Source: a virus (taxonomy: Duplodnaviria > Caudoviricetes). From it: a stretch of 64,000 nt of DNA. This document shows positions 27,995 to 39,200 of this stretch, one piece after another (positions within the stretch are counted from its first letter, which is position 1; each line of letters begins with the position of its first letter). The stretch lies in IMG/VR virus record IMGVR_UViG_3300020577_008668, positions 15,616 through 79,615 of that record, one strand, 5' to 3'. The translations under genes and the position numbers were made by a program. The notes beneath the pieces are model-generated. The model was given only the letters and a program-made list of their open reading frames with translations, had not been told where the DNA came from and ran no database searches.

Positions 27995-30900
27995 ATGGCC
28001 GAAGATTTTCTAATCAGAGTTGGTGTTGATTATTCTGCGGCTGTTAGAGATACTCGACGGTTTCAAAAAGAGATTGAAGGCATTCTTGCTCGCACAGCTT
28101 CTTCTCAGGGTCGTCCGGCTACAGCTCAGATAGCTGCGCAGTCACAGGCTGCGGGGTCCAACTATTCTCGTGAACTTGCTGGGATTCAACGTTCTCTTGA
28201 AACGTTAGTTACTCAATCTGCTCGGCAGCAGGATCGTCTTTTTGCTGTCTTGTCAACAAGTTCACGTAACCAACCTGTTGTGCAGGTTGTTCAGTCTCGT
28301 GTTCAGACGGCTTCTATTCCTCCTCGATCTGCTCCACCTACCCCTGTGGGGGGTGCTGTTTCTGTGTCAGCGATCGGTGCGGGTGACCGAGCGTTGCGTC
28401 GCCAGCAGTCGGCTATTGAGCGGGCTGCTGTTATTGCTGAGACAAGGAATGTTCAGGCGTCAGCTTTTGCAGCTCGTGAACAGAAACTTCAGAACGAGAT
28501 TCTTCGGGCTCGGGCTATCGAATTGCAGGGTATCCAGCAACGCATAACGGAAAATGCCGTTTCTCAACCTGTTACGGCTTCTATCCCTCGTGTGGCTCAG
28601 GTGGCTCATTCTGCCCCTGTTCCAGTTATTCCTCAGGCTCCATCTGCTCCGATGGTAGTCCCTCGGGCTCCTGTGGTCAGGGCTTTGCCTGCCGCTCCTC
28701 AAAGTCGCCCTATTCTAGATTTCTCTGTTCAACTAGCGGCTATTCAAAAGCAATTTTTAGCTAACCAACAACAGCTAGTTCAGTCTGGTTCGTCCCAGGT
28801 TAGGTCTCGTGTTCATCAACCCGGATTTTTTGATGCTGAACCTGAGCTTCCTAAGAGATTAGGTGATCCGCAATTTCTTGGCTATCCTTCTGTGCCGAGG
28901 GGCCAGCCTCTGTCTCTGCAACAGCGGCTAGATGTCCAGTTGGATCGGTCGAGAATTTATCGCTCTAACCTTCCCCACATTGAAGGTCTTCTTAATACCC
29001 CTGAATTCAGGGAGTCATTTACTGCTCCGATGAGAGGTTTGTTTAAGGGGCTTTTCAACTTTTTCCCTCAAGCAGTTTCTAACGTTAACGCCATTACAGC
29101 TCGTCCGTCTTCTTCATCAGGTACCTATGATGACGTGAGTGGGGTTTTGAACGTCGATCCGAGAATGTCTGTTCATGGGTCTAGAACGACAGTAGAAGAG
29201 TCTCTAGCAGGAACGTTGCGGACAGTTCAGGCGTTTGCGACTAAGGATATTTTTGGAACAGCTGTTCATGAATTCGGCCATGCTGTTGATTCTTTAAGGA
29301 GAAGCGGGGCAAGGTCTGACCAGTCTCTTGCTCGTCTGCTTCATTTGCCTGCCTTTACGGATTCGATTCGTGGCAGTATATCTGGGTACGCTACTACGAA
29401 TCCGGGTGAGCTTTTTGCTGAATCCTTTGCCTCTGTACTGAGGGGCGCTGGTAGTCCGATGGCTTTCAGGGCTGTGCAAGATAACCTTGGTCCTCAAGAT
29501 GATCGGTTGTTAGCTCGTCGTCGTCAGGCGTTGGATGATTTGATTCATCGTCAGCGGGTTGAGATTTCTTCCCCTCCTTCTTCTCCTAAGATTTTTGATT
29601 GGGCAGAGGACGTGTCTGGTCTAGCTAGACGTCAACGGCCGATAGGTCAGGGCACTGCTACTGGTGGGTCTAGCGGACTTCCTCCGATTCCTCCCCGAAC
29701 TGATGTTGGTGCTGGTAGTGGGGATGATGACGAAATCCGTCGTCAAAAGCAGCAGTACCTAAGCTACTTGAGGCAGCTCACAGAGCAAACAAAACGAGCC
29801 TTGGTAGCGGGTGAGGATACTACGCCTCATCTTTCGAAGCTGAAGAGACTGGTTGATGCGGCGGAGGCCCATGCGGCAGGTAATCTCACAGGGTTCCGTC
29901 AGAACGTTATGTCCGTTATTCCTCCAGGGAATGAACGGGCTAAGTACATGCTTAGCAAAGCTCCTTTTGGTAGAGAAGGGTGGGATCAGTCACTAGTAAG
30001 GGACATTGTTCAGCAACGTAGGGCGCTTTCGGCTGCACCTGTACCGATCGCTATAGGTGGACCGGTATGGAGTAGCGTAGAAAGAAATCGTCGTTCTTCG
30101 AGAGATGCTGTTCAGAGGCTTATTCCTCCGGGGAAGATTCGAACAAAGTATCTACTTGGAAAAGATCCATTTAAGTTAGGATCTTTAGATAATAACATAG
30201 AGCATCCTAAGGGAGCGGCGAACGAAGAAGCTCGTGCTGCTATAGCTACAGAGCAGATTCGCAGAGACCTTCAAGAGAATCTGGTCCCTGAGCTTCCAGC
30301 CTCAAGTCCCTATAGGGGGGCACAGTATGAGCGGGGGGTTCGTTCCCGTGAGAAGCAGGCTGCTATTGCTGACTTGCGGCGTGAACGTCAAGAGCAGCTT
30401 CGGTTAAGTCAGGTAGCCGAAGCTCAGGCTGAAGAAACAGACTTTACTTGGAAAAAAATCGGGGAAGGGAAACACGGTGTACTTTACAAAGGTGAACCTA
30501 TTCCTGGTGTGCGAGTTCGTCGGGTTTACGATGAGGAAGGGAACGTTTCAGGAACAGCCCTAGACTCCCCTGAGGGCACTCGGGTCTTTAGCGGAAGAAA
30601 TACAGTTGGTCAAGCTAAGCGTGTTGCTGAACAACTATCTTCTACTTTTGATTCTGTAGGAAAAATACAAGAGGGGTTAACTCAAAAAGCTGAGCGGGTA
30701 GCTAGTTTTAAGTCTGATACTAGTGAGGTTGCGGAAGCTGCTCTTAAACGTGTTAGCGGAGGAAGGTTTGCCGCTGACATAGATCAGCATGTATTGGGAA
30801 ACAAGACTCTTCAGGGTTCCGAGACTGTAAGCGACGCTGATCGTAAAATCGCCGCTGAAGCTAGACGCCGAAATGCTGAGCAGGAGTTAATTAATAGAGG

Positions 30901-33900
30901 CCGGTTGGACTTGATCCCGAAGTCGCGCAGAGCTTCGTATGGTATTGGGGAAGAGTCTGGTAACCTAACTTCATCTGAACAGTTGAAGGTTTTGGAGTCT
31001 CGGGCTGCAGCGGTACAGAGGCAGCTTAAAAACCTAGGAAAGGTTTCTTTAGATACTAAGGATGGGCAGAAGGCCCTTGCTGACCTAGAGAAAGAAGCTA
31101 AGTCTGTTAAAAAGGGACTAGATGAATTTGCTCCTGGAAAAACAGGTGAAGCCCCTCGGAAGGTTATAGCTCAGAGTAGTGCCGACGCTTCTATTGCTGA
31201 GGTTTTGTACAGAAAGCGTAATCCCCAGCCTGGGTCTCTCTCTGAACATGAAGCAAAAGAACAGAAAGCTAAGAGCAAATCTGACTCTAAGGGAGCTAAG
31301 AGTGAAAGGGAAGAAAAAGATAGGATCAGTCAGTTCAAGAATCCTTCTGATCTACTCGCCGGGTTACGCAGTCAGATCGCTAAGGTTAGGGTTGATCCTG
31401 ATACGTCTCAAGCCAAAGCTAAATTTGAGGCCTTACTTGCCTTACTGAAGGAACTTGATGCTGTAGCTGAGTCTATCAATATCAGGAATCCTGATGGGAG
31501 CTTGAACGCTGATTCGTTCAAGAGGGCAAGTAAGCTACAGGAAGGTGTAGCTAAAGCTAAGGCTGAGATGACGACCTTGGGAGCTGGGTTGTTCCCTGCG
31601 GAGGGGGTTGAGGTCGCTCGTGTAAGACAGCAGAGGTCTAGTACTCGTCGCGCTTGGGATTGGTTATGGGGAAATCAGTCTCCTGAAGCCGGGGATTCTG
31701 GTGGGTCTGGGGGTTCTGGTCCTGGCGGTCCCGGTTCGGGCGGTCCCGGTTCGGGGGGTTCTGGTCTTGGAGGTCCTGAGGGCGGGGGTTGGTTTAGTAA
31801 GCTTCGTCGTAGGCTGTATAAAGATGATGGTATTGGTGGGTTCTTTGGTGGTGGGGCTCTTTCTACGTTGCGTTATGGTATTCCATCTATGGTCATGTAC
31901 GGGGCCATGTCTGGAATTTCTGAAAGTGTCAAAGAGGCTGAAGAGTTCCAGTTTACGATGGAGAAAGTCAAAGCTCAGCTTCAGGACACTTTTGGGGATG
32001 GGGCTGATCCTATTTTCGAAAGTTTCAAGGGGCACATCCTTGACCTAGCGAAGCAAACAGGTGTTCAAGCAGACGTCTTAGCTGACGTTGGCATGCAGTA
32101 CCAGGGGGCTTTCGGGAAGGCATCTGTTGGAGGCCTTTCAGGGCAAGAACTAGTGAAGTCTCAGTTGATAGCGTCAGCTAAGCTTTCGCAGGTTACTCAC
32201 ATTCCTGTCCCAGAATTGAATGATGGATTAACTGCTGCGTCGTTTGGATTCAACGCTACTAACGAGGAAATCTCCAATGTAGCTCTTAGACTAGAGTCCC
32301 TTTCTGGGGTTACTGCCAAAGAGACTATTGGCTTTATTGGTGACATCGCTCCTGTAGCTAAGGAAGCAGGGTTTTCTCTTTCAGAGTTTGCCTCGCTAGC
32401 GGCGGTTGCTCAGCAAAAGTCAGGTCGTTCTGGGACGGCGTTAGCTGAATCGTTTGGCAGAATTATTCCTGCTATTTCTCAGAGCAAGGATCAGCTGCTT
32501 CAGCTAGCTGCCGCTGATGATAATTTACGGACTCCTGAATTCATTAAAGCAGTAAGTAGTAATGATATTAAGGGAACGTTCCTTTCCTTACTTCAAAACT
32601 TTCAGTCCCTGAATAAGGAGTCTCAGGACTTCATCGTTAACCTTTTAGGTGGACGACGTGAAGCTCAGGTTCTTCTGGCTGCTATAGGTGATAAGGGTCA
32701 GCTAGCTGAGTACACTGCGGCAGCTAACGACTCTAAGGGGACACTTGATAGTCGTTTCGAGTCAGCGCAGCAGACCCTGACGAACCAGATGGCTCGGTTG
32801 CGTCAAGAGTTTAACCTTTTCGCAGCTGCCCTAATTGAATCTGGGCTTGGAGACGCTCTCTCTGGTATGATTGGGACAGTCGGTCTGTTTGTTAAGGGCC
32901 TCGAAGGGATTCTTAAAGTTAGTGGCGCTATCAACAGTTTCTTCGGTGGGCTACCTGGCAAGATCATAGGAGTAACTGCCGCACTGATTGCTATGAGGGC
33001 AGCTGTTAACTTCTTAAGCAATAAGGGTCAGCTTGCTCTTGGTATTGAAGATGGCAGTTCGATTTTAGCTAATCTCGGAGGTAGGGCTGGTCGTAGGATC
33101 GGAGCTATGCGAGCAGCTGCGTCTGTTGGTGCAGCAGGAGCTGCTTCTGAGGGGTTCTTCGATCTAGCTGGGCCGGGTGCTGTGGCGGGCGGGAGGATAG
33201 CTTCTGCCCGTGCAGCGTATGGGGCGGCTTCGGTTGCTGCAGGTGGTGGCGCATCTGGAGCTATGAGCGGAGTGGGTGCAGCGGCTACAGCCCTTACGGG
33301 GGTATCTACCACTATGCTTTTGGCTGGTGGAGCGGCTATTGCTGCCATTGGGGGAACTTACCTTCTTCTGAAACATGGCTTGGATGATTACCGCAAAGAG
33401 ATGGAGAGAAACACCTCTTGGGCACTAGATGCGCATACTTCAGCTAAAGATGTTGAGGATTTAATTAAGTCTTCTGCGTCGGACGGGGGTCCAGGGAACC
33501 TGGCTAGGATAGGGTCTTTCTTTACGGGGGAAAGGCTGCTGGGAGAGAGGGATCAGCTGAAATCTTCTCTTTACACGAAGAACCTTTCTAAGCAAGATTT
33601 AGAGACTTGGGCTGTAATTGATCCTAAAGACGCTACAAGGACTTTCCAGGGAGGCTTCTCTATTAAGGAGGAGGAGATTCCTAAGGGGATAGATGTACGA
33701 GATCGTCGCGGGGCCGAGATTCGGGCCAAGAAGGAAGCTGAAGAGGAAAAGCGTCGACTCTTAAAAGAGGTTCATGATAAAAGGTGGAGTACGTTAAATA
33801 GACCTGATAGTGGAAAGGATCTCGTCAAGTTTAAGGAAATTAGAGATAATTTCAGCAACAAGCTGGGTCTAAAAAAGGGAGAGGAACTTACTGATCCCGT

Positions 33901-36250
33901 TATGCACGCCTTGGCTGGTGGAAACATCATCGGGGACTTGACTGGGATAGTTAAGTCACAAACTGATGAGTACACTGAAGTCGAAAAGAAGCAAGCTGCT
34001 AAAGCTTTAAATGTTGCTCAGAAAAATTCTAATGCAGCTAGGGTTGTGGGGGATTCAGCTAAGCAAACGCAAACCCTCGACACCATTCAGAAGAATTACG
34101 AGGCTGGAATTACTAGTTTTTCTGCCTATATTGAGGCAGCTAAACGTAATCTTGAAGGGTACCGTAAGGTCATCAACATGTCTGAGGGTAACCCCGACGT
34201 TATTTTGCGGGATTATGCTCAAAGACTTAAAGCTTTCAATATGGAAGTTTCCCGTAAAACCATGCAGGGAACTGAAATCTTCTTGTCTGGGTTGGAACTT
34301 ACGGGAGCCAGTCCTTTAGAAACAGCTAGAGCTAAAGTCGAACAATATACCCGCCTGCTGAATAGCGGGAAGTTGTCTGGGGAGCATCGCACTCAGATAG
34401 CTCAAGCGATGGTTCAGGCTCAGAAGGATGAGGTGCTCGCAGCGGCATCTGCGGCCGGGACGGCTGGTGAAGCTAGCTCTATCCTTTCTAAGGGATTCAA
34501 GATTTCTCCAGAAACACGGATAAACTCTGTTTTGGGAGCGATAAGTCAAATTGTCCCCAACTGGGACTTGGTCTCAGAGACCATGAATAAAAATACAGGT
34601 GTCCGTGGTGGTAAAGTCATCGGAGACATGGTTCGTGGTCTAAGTTCAGGGGCTTTGTCAGGGGCTAATGTTCAGCAGCAGCTTCAAGAAAAGGTTGCTG
34701 AGTATAAGCATATGGCTGAGGTAGCTGGAAGCGTTGGAGCTTCTGACGCTAACATTAAAGCTCTTCAGGAAGTTTCTGCTGCTTGGCAACAGGTTTTAGA
34801 GGAGTTTAATAATACAGGAAAGCTTCCAGGTGATCTTGACTCAGCTAAGATTGCTGCTAAGGAAGCTTATGACGTGACATCTAGAAAGAATGACCTTGAG
34901 GCTCGGCTGAGGACAGCAAAGGCCGGAGGCAATGTTCTTGTTGGGGCCTATCAGGAGTTGGCTGCTGCCCGCAAGAATTTAGCTGATGCTGAAAAGGTCG
35001 GTGGAGAAACTGAGACAGAAGCTCAGATTAGAGTCTTTGAGGCTGAAAATGGGTTAAAGAAAGTTTTGGCAGACAGAAAGAAGTCCTTGTTGGCAGTAGC
35101 GAAAGCTAAGGCTAATTTCAATAAGGATTCTGTGGCAGGTGCCCAGGTTGACTTAGCTCAGGCTCAGATTGATTACCAGACGGCGGTTGAAACTTCAGGG
35201 GCTGATTCACCGGAGGCTCGGCAAGCCCAAGCGGGGATCATTGACGCTCAGGCTGCGATCAGAGATACACAGAATGCTAGAGTAAGATCCTTTGTGAATC
35301 TACTGAAAACACAAGGGAACCAAGGTTCTGTTGAACAGGCTCAGGCTGACGTGAACATCTCTAAGATGGATTTGAACACGGCTATTGGGGATGAAAGGAA
35401 TGATGCTTTAGCTAAAGTTATCGAGGCTGAGCGGGCATTGGATAAAGCTATCAAGGCTCGTCGAGATAACCTCATTGACTTGTTCCAGCTAGCAGGACCG
35501 GAAGATCCGGTGTGGCAGTCTCAGGGTGACATAAATCAGTTCACTACACAGATTAATGAAGCTAAGACTTTGGATGAGAAAATCGATGCTCAGAAATCTT
35601 TGCTTTCAGCGCAGAAGGCCCTTCGGGATGCTATGGCTGAGGTTCGTAATTCTCAATATGATCTGCGTCAAGCAGAGTTGGAAAGCATTGGCGATGAGGT
35701 CGGGGCAGCGAATGTGGCTGCTCAGTTGGCTCGTGCCCAGCTGAACGATGCATTAAAACTTGCCTCTGAAGGTAAGTCTCCTGGTGATGCTGAGATCAAT
35801 CGACTGAAAGCTTCAGTTGTTAGGGCTGATAAATCTGCCGCTGATACAGCCTTCAGTGAGAAGAAAGATGACTTAGAGTGGATGTACCAGATGGGTACAC
35901 TCACTAAGCAGGAATATATTGGGTATCTTGAGGGGCTTAAGAGTACCGTCCTTCCTGGAACTAAGCAGTTTAAGGATCTGGAGCTTCAGATTCGTCAGTT
36001 GAAAGATGATGTTGGTTCCGGTTTGCAAATGAACTTACCAACTTCCTTGGCTTTACCTACCCTTTATGAGGTTCGTCGGCTCGATCAGAGTGTAAACTCA
36101 AATGGTTCCGCCGCAGGTTACGTGGATAACCGTCAGCAGAGTATTACTATCAATTTGAATAATGGGACTACTCAAGCTGACCTGATTAATGCTTTAAACG
36201 CAGCTTTGGGAACGAATACGACGGCACAGGGTAGTACGAGATTGTACTAA
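27995..36250 (+). CDS. tape measure protein with ~1250-aa N-terminal extension containing a zincin metallopeptidase
   Basis: follows G-T; TMP core after a Gly-rich linker (~31690-31790); HEFGH at 29267-29281 and YATTNPGELFAE at ~29387-29422. Confidence 0.9.
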   Translation: MAEDFLIRVGVDYSAAVRDTRRFQKEIEGILARTASSQGRPATAQIAAQSQAAGSNYSRELAGIQRSLETLVTQSARQQDRLFAVLSTSSRNQPVVQVVQSRVQTASIPPRSAPPTPVGGAVSVSAIGAGDRALRRQQSAIERAAVIAETRNVQASAFAAREQKLQNEILRARAIELQGIQQRITENAVSQPVTASIPRVAQVAHSAPVPVIPQAPSAPMVVPRAPVVRALPAAPQSRPILDFSVQLAAIQKQFLANQQQLVQSGSSQVRSRVHQPGFFDAEPELPKRLGDPQFLGYPSVPRGQPLSLQQRLDVQLDRSRIYRSNLPHIEGLLNTPEFRESFTAPMRGLFKGLFNFFPQAVSNVNAITARPSSSSGTYDDVSGVLNVDPRMSVHGSRTTVEESLAGTLRTVQAFATKDIFGTAVHEFGHAVDSLRRSGARSDQSLARLLHLPAFTDSIRGSISGYATTNPGELFAESFASVLRGAGSPMAFRAVQDNLGPQDDRLLARRRQALDDLIHRQRVEISSPPSSPKIFDWAEDVSGLARRQRPIGQGTATGGSSGLPPIPPRTDVGAGSGDDDEIRRQKQQYLSYLRQLTEQTKRALVAGEDTTPHLSKLKRLVDAAEAHAAGNLTGFRQNVMSVIPPGNERAKYMLSKAPFGREGWDQSLVRDIVQQRRALSAAPVPIAIGGPVWSSVERNRRSSRDAVQRLIPPGKIRTKYLLGKDPFKLGSLDNNIEHPKGAANEEARAAIATEQIRRDLQENLVPELPASSPYRGAQYERGVRSREKQAAIADLRRERQEQLRLSQVAEAQAEETDFTWKKIGEGKHGVLYKGEPIPGVRVRRVYDEEGNVSGTALDSPEGTRVFSGRNTVGQAKRVAEQLSSTFDSVGKIQEGLTQKAERVASFKSDTSEVAEAALKRVSGGRFAADIDQHVLGNKTLQGSETVSDADRKIAAEARRRNAEQELINRGRLDLIPKSRRASYGIGEESGNLTSSEQLKVLESRAAAVQRQLKNLGKVSLDTKDGQKALADLEKEAKSVKKGLDEFAPGKTGEAPRKVIAQSSADASIAEVLYRKRNPQPGSLSEHEAKEQKAKSKSDSKGAKSEREEKDRISQFKNPSDLLAGLRSQIAKVRVDPDTSQAKAKFEALLALLKELDAVAESINIRNPDGSLNADSFKRASKLQEGVAKAKAEMTTLGAGLFPAEGVEVARVRQQRSSTRRAWDWLWGNQSPEAGDSGGSGGSGPGGPGSGGPGSGGSGLGGPEGGGWFSKLRRRLYKDDGIGGFFGGGALSTLRYGIPSMVMYGAMSGISESVKEAEEFQFTMEKVKAQLQDTFGDGADPIFESFKGHILDLAKQTGVQADVLADVGMQYQGAFGKASVGGLSGQELVKSQLIASAKLSQVTHIPVPELNDGLTAASFGFNATNEEISNVALRLESLSGVTAKETIGFIGDIAPVAKEAGFSLSEFASLAAVAQQKSGRSGTALAESFGRIIPAISQSKDQLLQLAAADDNLRTPEFIKAVSSNDIKGTFLSLLQNFQSLNKESQDFIVNLLGGRREAQVLLAAIGDKGQLAEYTAAANDSKGTLDSRFESAQQTLTNQMARLRQEFNLFAAALIESGLGDALSGMIGTVGLFVKGLEGILKVSGAINSFFGGLPGKIIGVTAALIAMRAAVNFLSNKGQLALGIEDGSSILANLGGRAGRRIGAMRAAASVGAAGAASEGFFDLAGPGAVAGGRIASARAAYGAASVAAGGGASGAMSGVGAAATALTGVSTTMLLAGGAAIAAIGGTYLLLKHGLDDYRKEMERNTSWALDAHTSAKDVEDLIKSSASDGGPGNLARIGSFFTGERLLGERDQLKSSLYTKNLSKQDLETWAVIDPKDATRTFQGGFSIKEEEIPKGIDVRDRRGAEIRAKKEAEEEKRRLLKEVHDKRWSTLNRPDSGKDLVKFKEIRDNFSNKLGLKKGEELTDPVMHALAGGNIIGDLTGIVKSQTDEYTEVEKKQAAKALNVAQKNSNAARVVGDSAKQTQTLDTIQKNYEAGITSFSAYIEAAKRNLEGYRKVINMSEGNPDVILRDYAQRLKAFNMEVSRKTMQGTEIFLSGLELTGASPLETARAKVEQYTRLLNSGKLSGEHRTQIAQAMVQAQKDEVLAAASAAGTAGEASSILSKGFKISPETRINSVLGAISQIVPNWDLVSETMNKNTGVRGGKVIGDMVRGLSSGALSGANVQQQLQEKVAEYKHMAEVAGSVGASDANIKALQEVSAAWQQVLEEFNNTGKLPGDLDSAKIAAKEAYDVTSRKNDLEARLRTAKAGGNVLVGAYQELAAARKNLADAEKVGGETETEAQIRVFEAENGLKKVLADRKKSLLAVAKAKANFNKDSVAGAQVDLAQAQIDYQTAVETSGADSPEARQAQAGIIDAQAAIRDTQNARVRSFVNLLKTQGNQGSVEQAQADVNISKMDLNTAIGDERNDALAKVIEAERALDKAIKARRDNLIDLFQLAGPEDPVWQSQGDINQFTTQINEAKTLDEKIDAQKSLLSAQKALRDAMAEVRNSQYDLRQAELESIGDEVGAANVAAQLARAQLNDALKLASEGKSPGDAEINRLKASVVRADKSAADTAFSEKKDDLEWMYQMGTLTKQEYIGYLEGLKSTVLPGTKQFKDLELQIRQLKDDVGSGLQMNLPTSLALPTLYEVRRLDQSVNSNGSAAGYVDNRQQSITINLNNGTTQADLINALNAALGTNTTAQGSTRLY

Positions 36251-36259
36251 GGGGTTCGG

Positions 36260-39200
36260 ATGAGAAAGAATAAGAGAGAATTCGAGGCGGTCTCTTCGGG
36301 TCGAATGATCGGAGACAAGAGACCTTCTGTGCGGGTTACTGTTGAGCCAGATTGGAAGTTAGAGACAACCGTTCAAACTTACGCTAATACTCTTCGTGGG
36401 CCATACAGATATTATGTAGACAATGCTGATACTCGTGTAGAGGTTGAGGTTCCTCAAATTAAAAGTGTCCAGATTGACAGGACCCTATCTCAAGATGTGG
36501 CAACGTGTAAGATCACGATGTACAATCAGTCCCACAATGGGAACACTCTGGTCCCAGAGTTGGGCGATCAGTTAGGGAAACCTGGGTATTTCTGGCCGAA
36601 ACGAGGGGTCTCGTCTGAGTCTCATCTGCTATGGAATCAGACAGCGGCAACGGGAGCTAAGTACCGGAACGGAACGTGGGACTCTAATTTTGAGTGGACT
36701 AACGTTCTTATTCCGAATGGGTTGATTAGAACTTACGCTGGTCATGCTAAAGGCACTGCTTCCATTGATCAGGATGTCACTGACGGAAAGATTATGTTGA
36801 CGGGGGTATGGTTAATTGACCGTATTTCCGGTGGAGCGGATGGAACTCTACTTATTGAATGCAGAGATGTTGGCCGGTTACTTCTGGAACAGATTATTTA
36901 CCCTCCTCTTGTTCCCAATGACTTGTATCCGCTAGCGTATTTTCCTCCGGGGAAATCGAAATTCGATTCATCTTTTGATGCCCGTCCTGTTACGGGTGTT
37001 GGTAGGGTGTCTCAGGCTGAGGTGCGATGCGTTGCCTATTCCACTAGTTTCGGAATGGGAGATGTTTCTGGTCACTCAGCGTCTGAAGCTGCTGATATGA
37101 ATCGAACAAATTGGTCATGGAGCCCAGCTAGGGCTACTCCTACGTCTGGTAGTTTGTTTGATTGGTGGGAGTTCGTTCCTATTGCTGGAGGTCAGCAGGT
37201 TATTGATGCTGTTGACTTCAGGCCGTGGGCTGGCGGGTACACGGCGTACATCTCTGTGAATAGTGGCGGCGTTTGGCAGGGTTCTGAAACTATCCCAGAT
37301 TCTGCAGGTGGGGGTGGGTTGAAATACCTAAAGAAGGTTCAGGTCCCGTATAATATTCCGAACGGTGACGAGGGCGAGATTCACGTTCAGCTAGATGCTC
37401 CTATTAACATGAGTTTTATTAGGATTACATTGGGGCCAACGTATCACTATTCGGGAGTCGCTCAGTCTGGAATGTATTATCGTTCGGGGTTGAGGACGGT
37501 AATGGCTTCTAGGATTGGTGCTGTGGTGCCACCATATGATGCTCCATTCAATCAGTCTTTGTGGGCGTTTGCGATGGCGTCTCATCCCGTTCGCGGCTAT
37601 TGGGTGGCTGATAAGGACGGTTGGGTGTACGGGTTTGGGGATGCCGCCGACTATGATTCTTCCACTTATGGACAGGTTCCCCTAGCGTATGTTCCTGGAA
37701 TTAATGGGGAAAATTACACCCAAGTATCAGATATTGCAGCTCATCCTTCGGGGCGTGGATATTGGGTTCTAACTAACGATGGTTATGTTAGGGCTTATGG
37801 GGCAGCGACGTTTTACGGGGACGGTTACGTGGGTGTAAATACTCACATGGATGGACCTACAGCTATTTCTATTGCTGAAACATTCACCGGCAACGGGTAC
37901 TGGGTTGCTTACAGTAATGGGATAATCAGAGGGTTTGGTGACGCCAGCCCTTCATACGTGACGTTGCCATATACTGCTTTAACTAACTACATGATTAACC
38001 ATGGTCCTTCTTATCAGTATTTGATCCCTGACAGTAATCCTTTGGGGTTACTTGTTCAGACTGCCCCACCTAGTGCGTACGCTCATACGTATCGTTGTAG
38101 GGGAATTTCTGGACATCCTCGCCAAATGGGATTTGTGGCTACAGATGGTAGTGGTCAAGTTTTTAGTTACAATGGTGGTTGGTTTGGAGAGCTAACTAAT
38201 CGTGTTTTTAATCCGGGTGCTGCGAACCAGTTTTTCTTGTGGCCGAAAGAGTACGCTAACTGCATTGAGTACACTCAGTCAGGGAACGGTTATTGGATAA
38301 ATTTCCTATCAGGACACATTGCTGCATTTGGTGATGCAATTAATCAGGGGACCTCGTATGTGTATGAGGGGAATAGTCAGTTAAGCGCAAGCGGGCTTGC
38401 TTCTGATCTTCAGCTGTACAAGATGTTAACTCAGAAAATTGCTAGAGACCCTGATGGGACAGGCTTTTGGGTTCTTGTAGCTGATGGTTCTGTACTGCAT
38501 TATAACGCTGATTGGTGGGGGCAACCTGGGTGGGCTAATAGGCAGGGTTACCGTTGGCATGACGGAAACTGCACAGATTACAGTAGGGCTGTCCAAGATA
38601 TGTTAGCTTGGGCTGGGTTTACCTATTATAACTCTAATAGCTGGGATGGGTCAGCCTACGTTACTGGACATGACCGCCCTCCTGTATTGGGGAACATTGA
38701 GTCTACAGGTATCCCCACTACCACTGTTTTAGACGGGGACAAGTGGGACAAGCGAACTGTTATGGACTGCATCAACGAGTTAAAGAACGTTACCGGGTAC
38801 AATTTCTTCATTGATGACGAGGGGTTGCCTCGTTTCGAAAGTCCAAATTTTTGGAGAGCTGGGAACCGGGATAGTTTTGGGCAAAGAATATTTGCTAAAT
38901 ACGAAACTGACGGCTCTTGGGCTTTCGTTGATGAGTCTATTCCGGGGGCCGAACCTTTTATCCCTGATATCCATGAGGCTGTTGATTTGATTAACTACAC
39001 TGCCTCGTTAGATGGGGAAGCTGTTCGTTCTGAAATTATCATCGGTTCAGATATGCCCGATTTGAACGACCCAACTCGAACACAATTTGTTCGGTTCACT
39101 CCACCTTCAGCGGTTGAAGAGGTTCGTCCTGGTGTTCCAGCCTTGCGGAACATCAACCGTCCGGCCGCTTGGGTGAACACTAATTTTGAAAATCCGTCAG

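Noticed and set aside
31690-31790. Repeat or mobile insertion in the tape measure gene
   Set aside because: It is an in-frame Gly/Ser/Pro linker.
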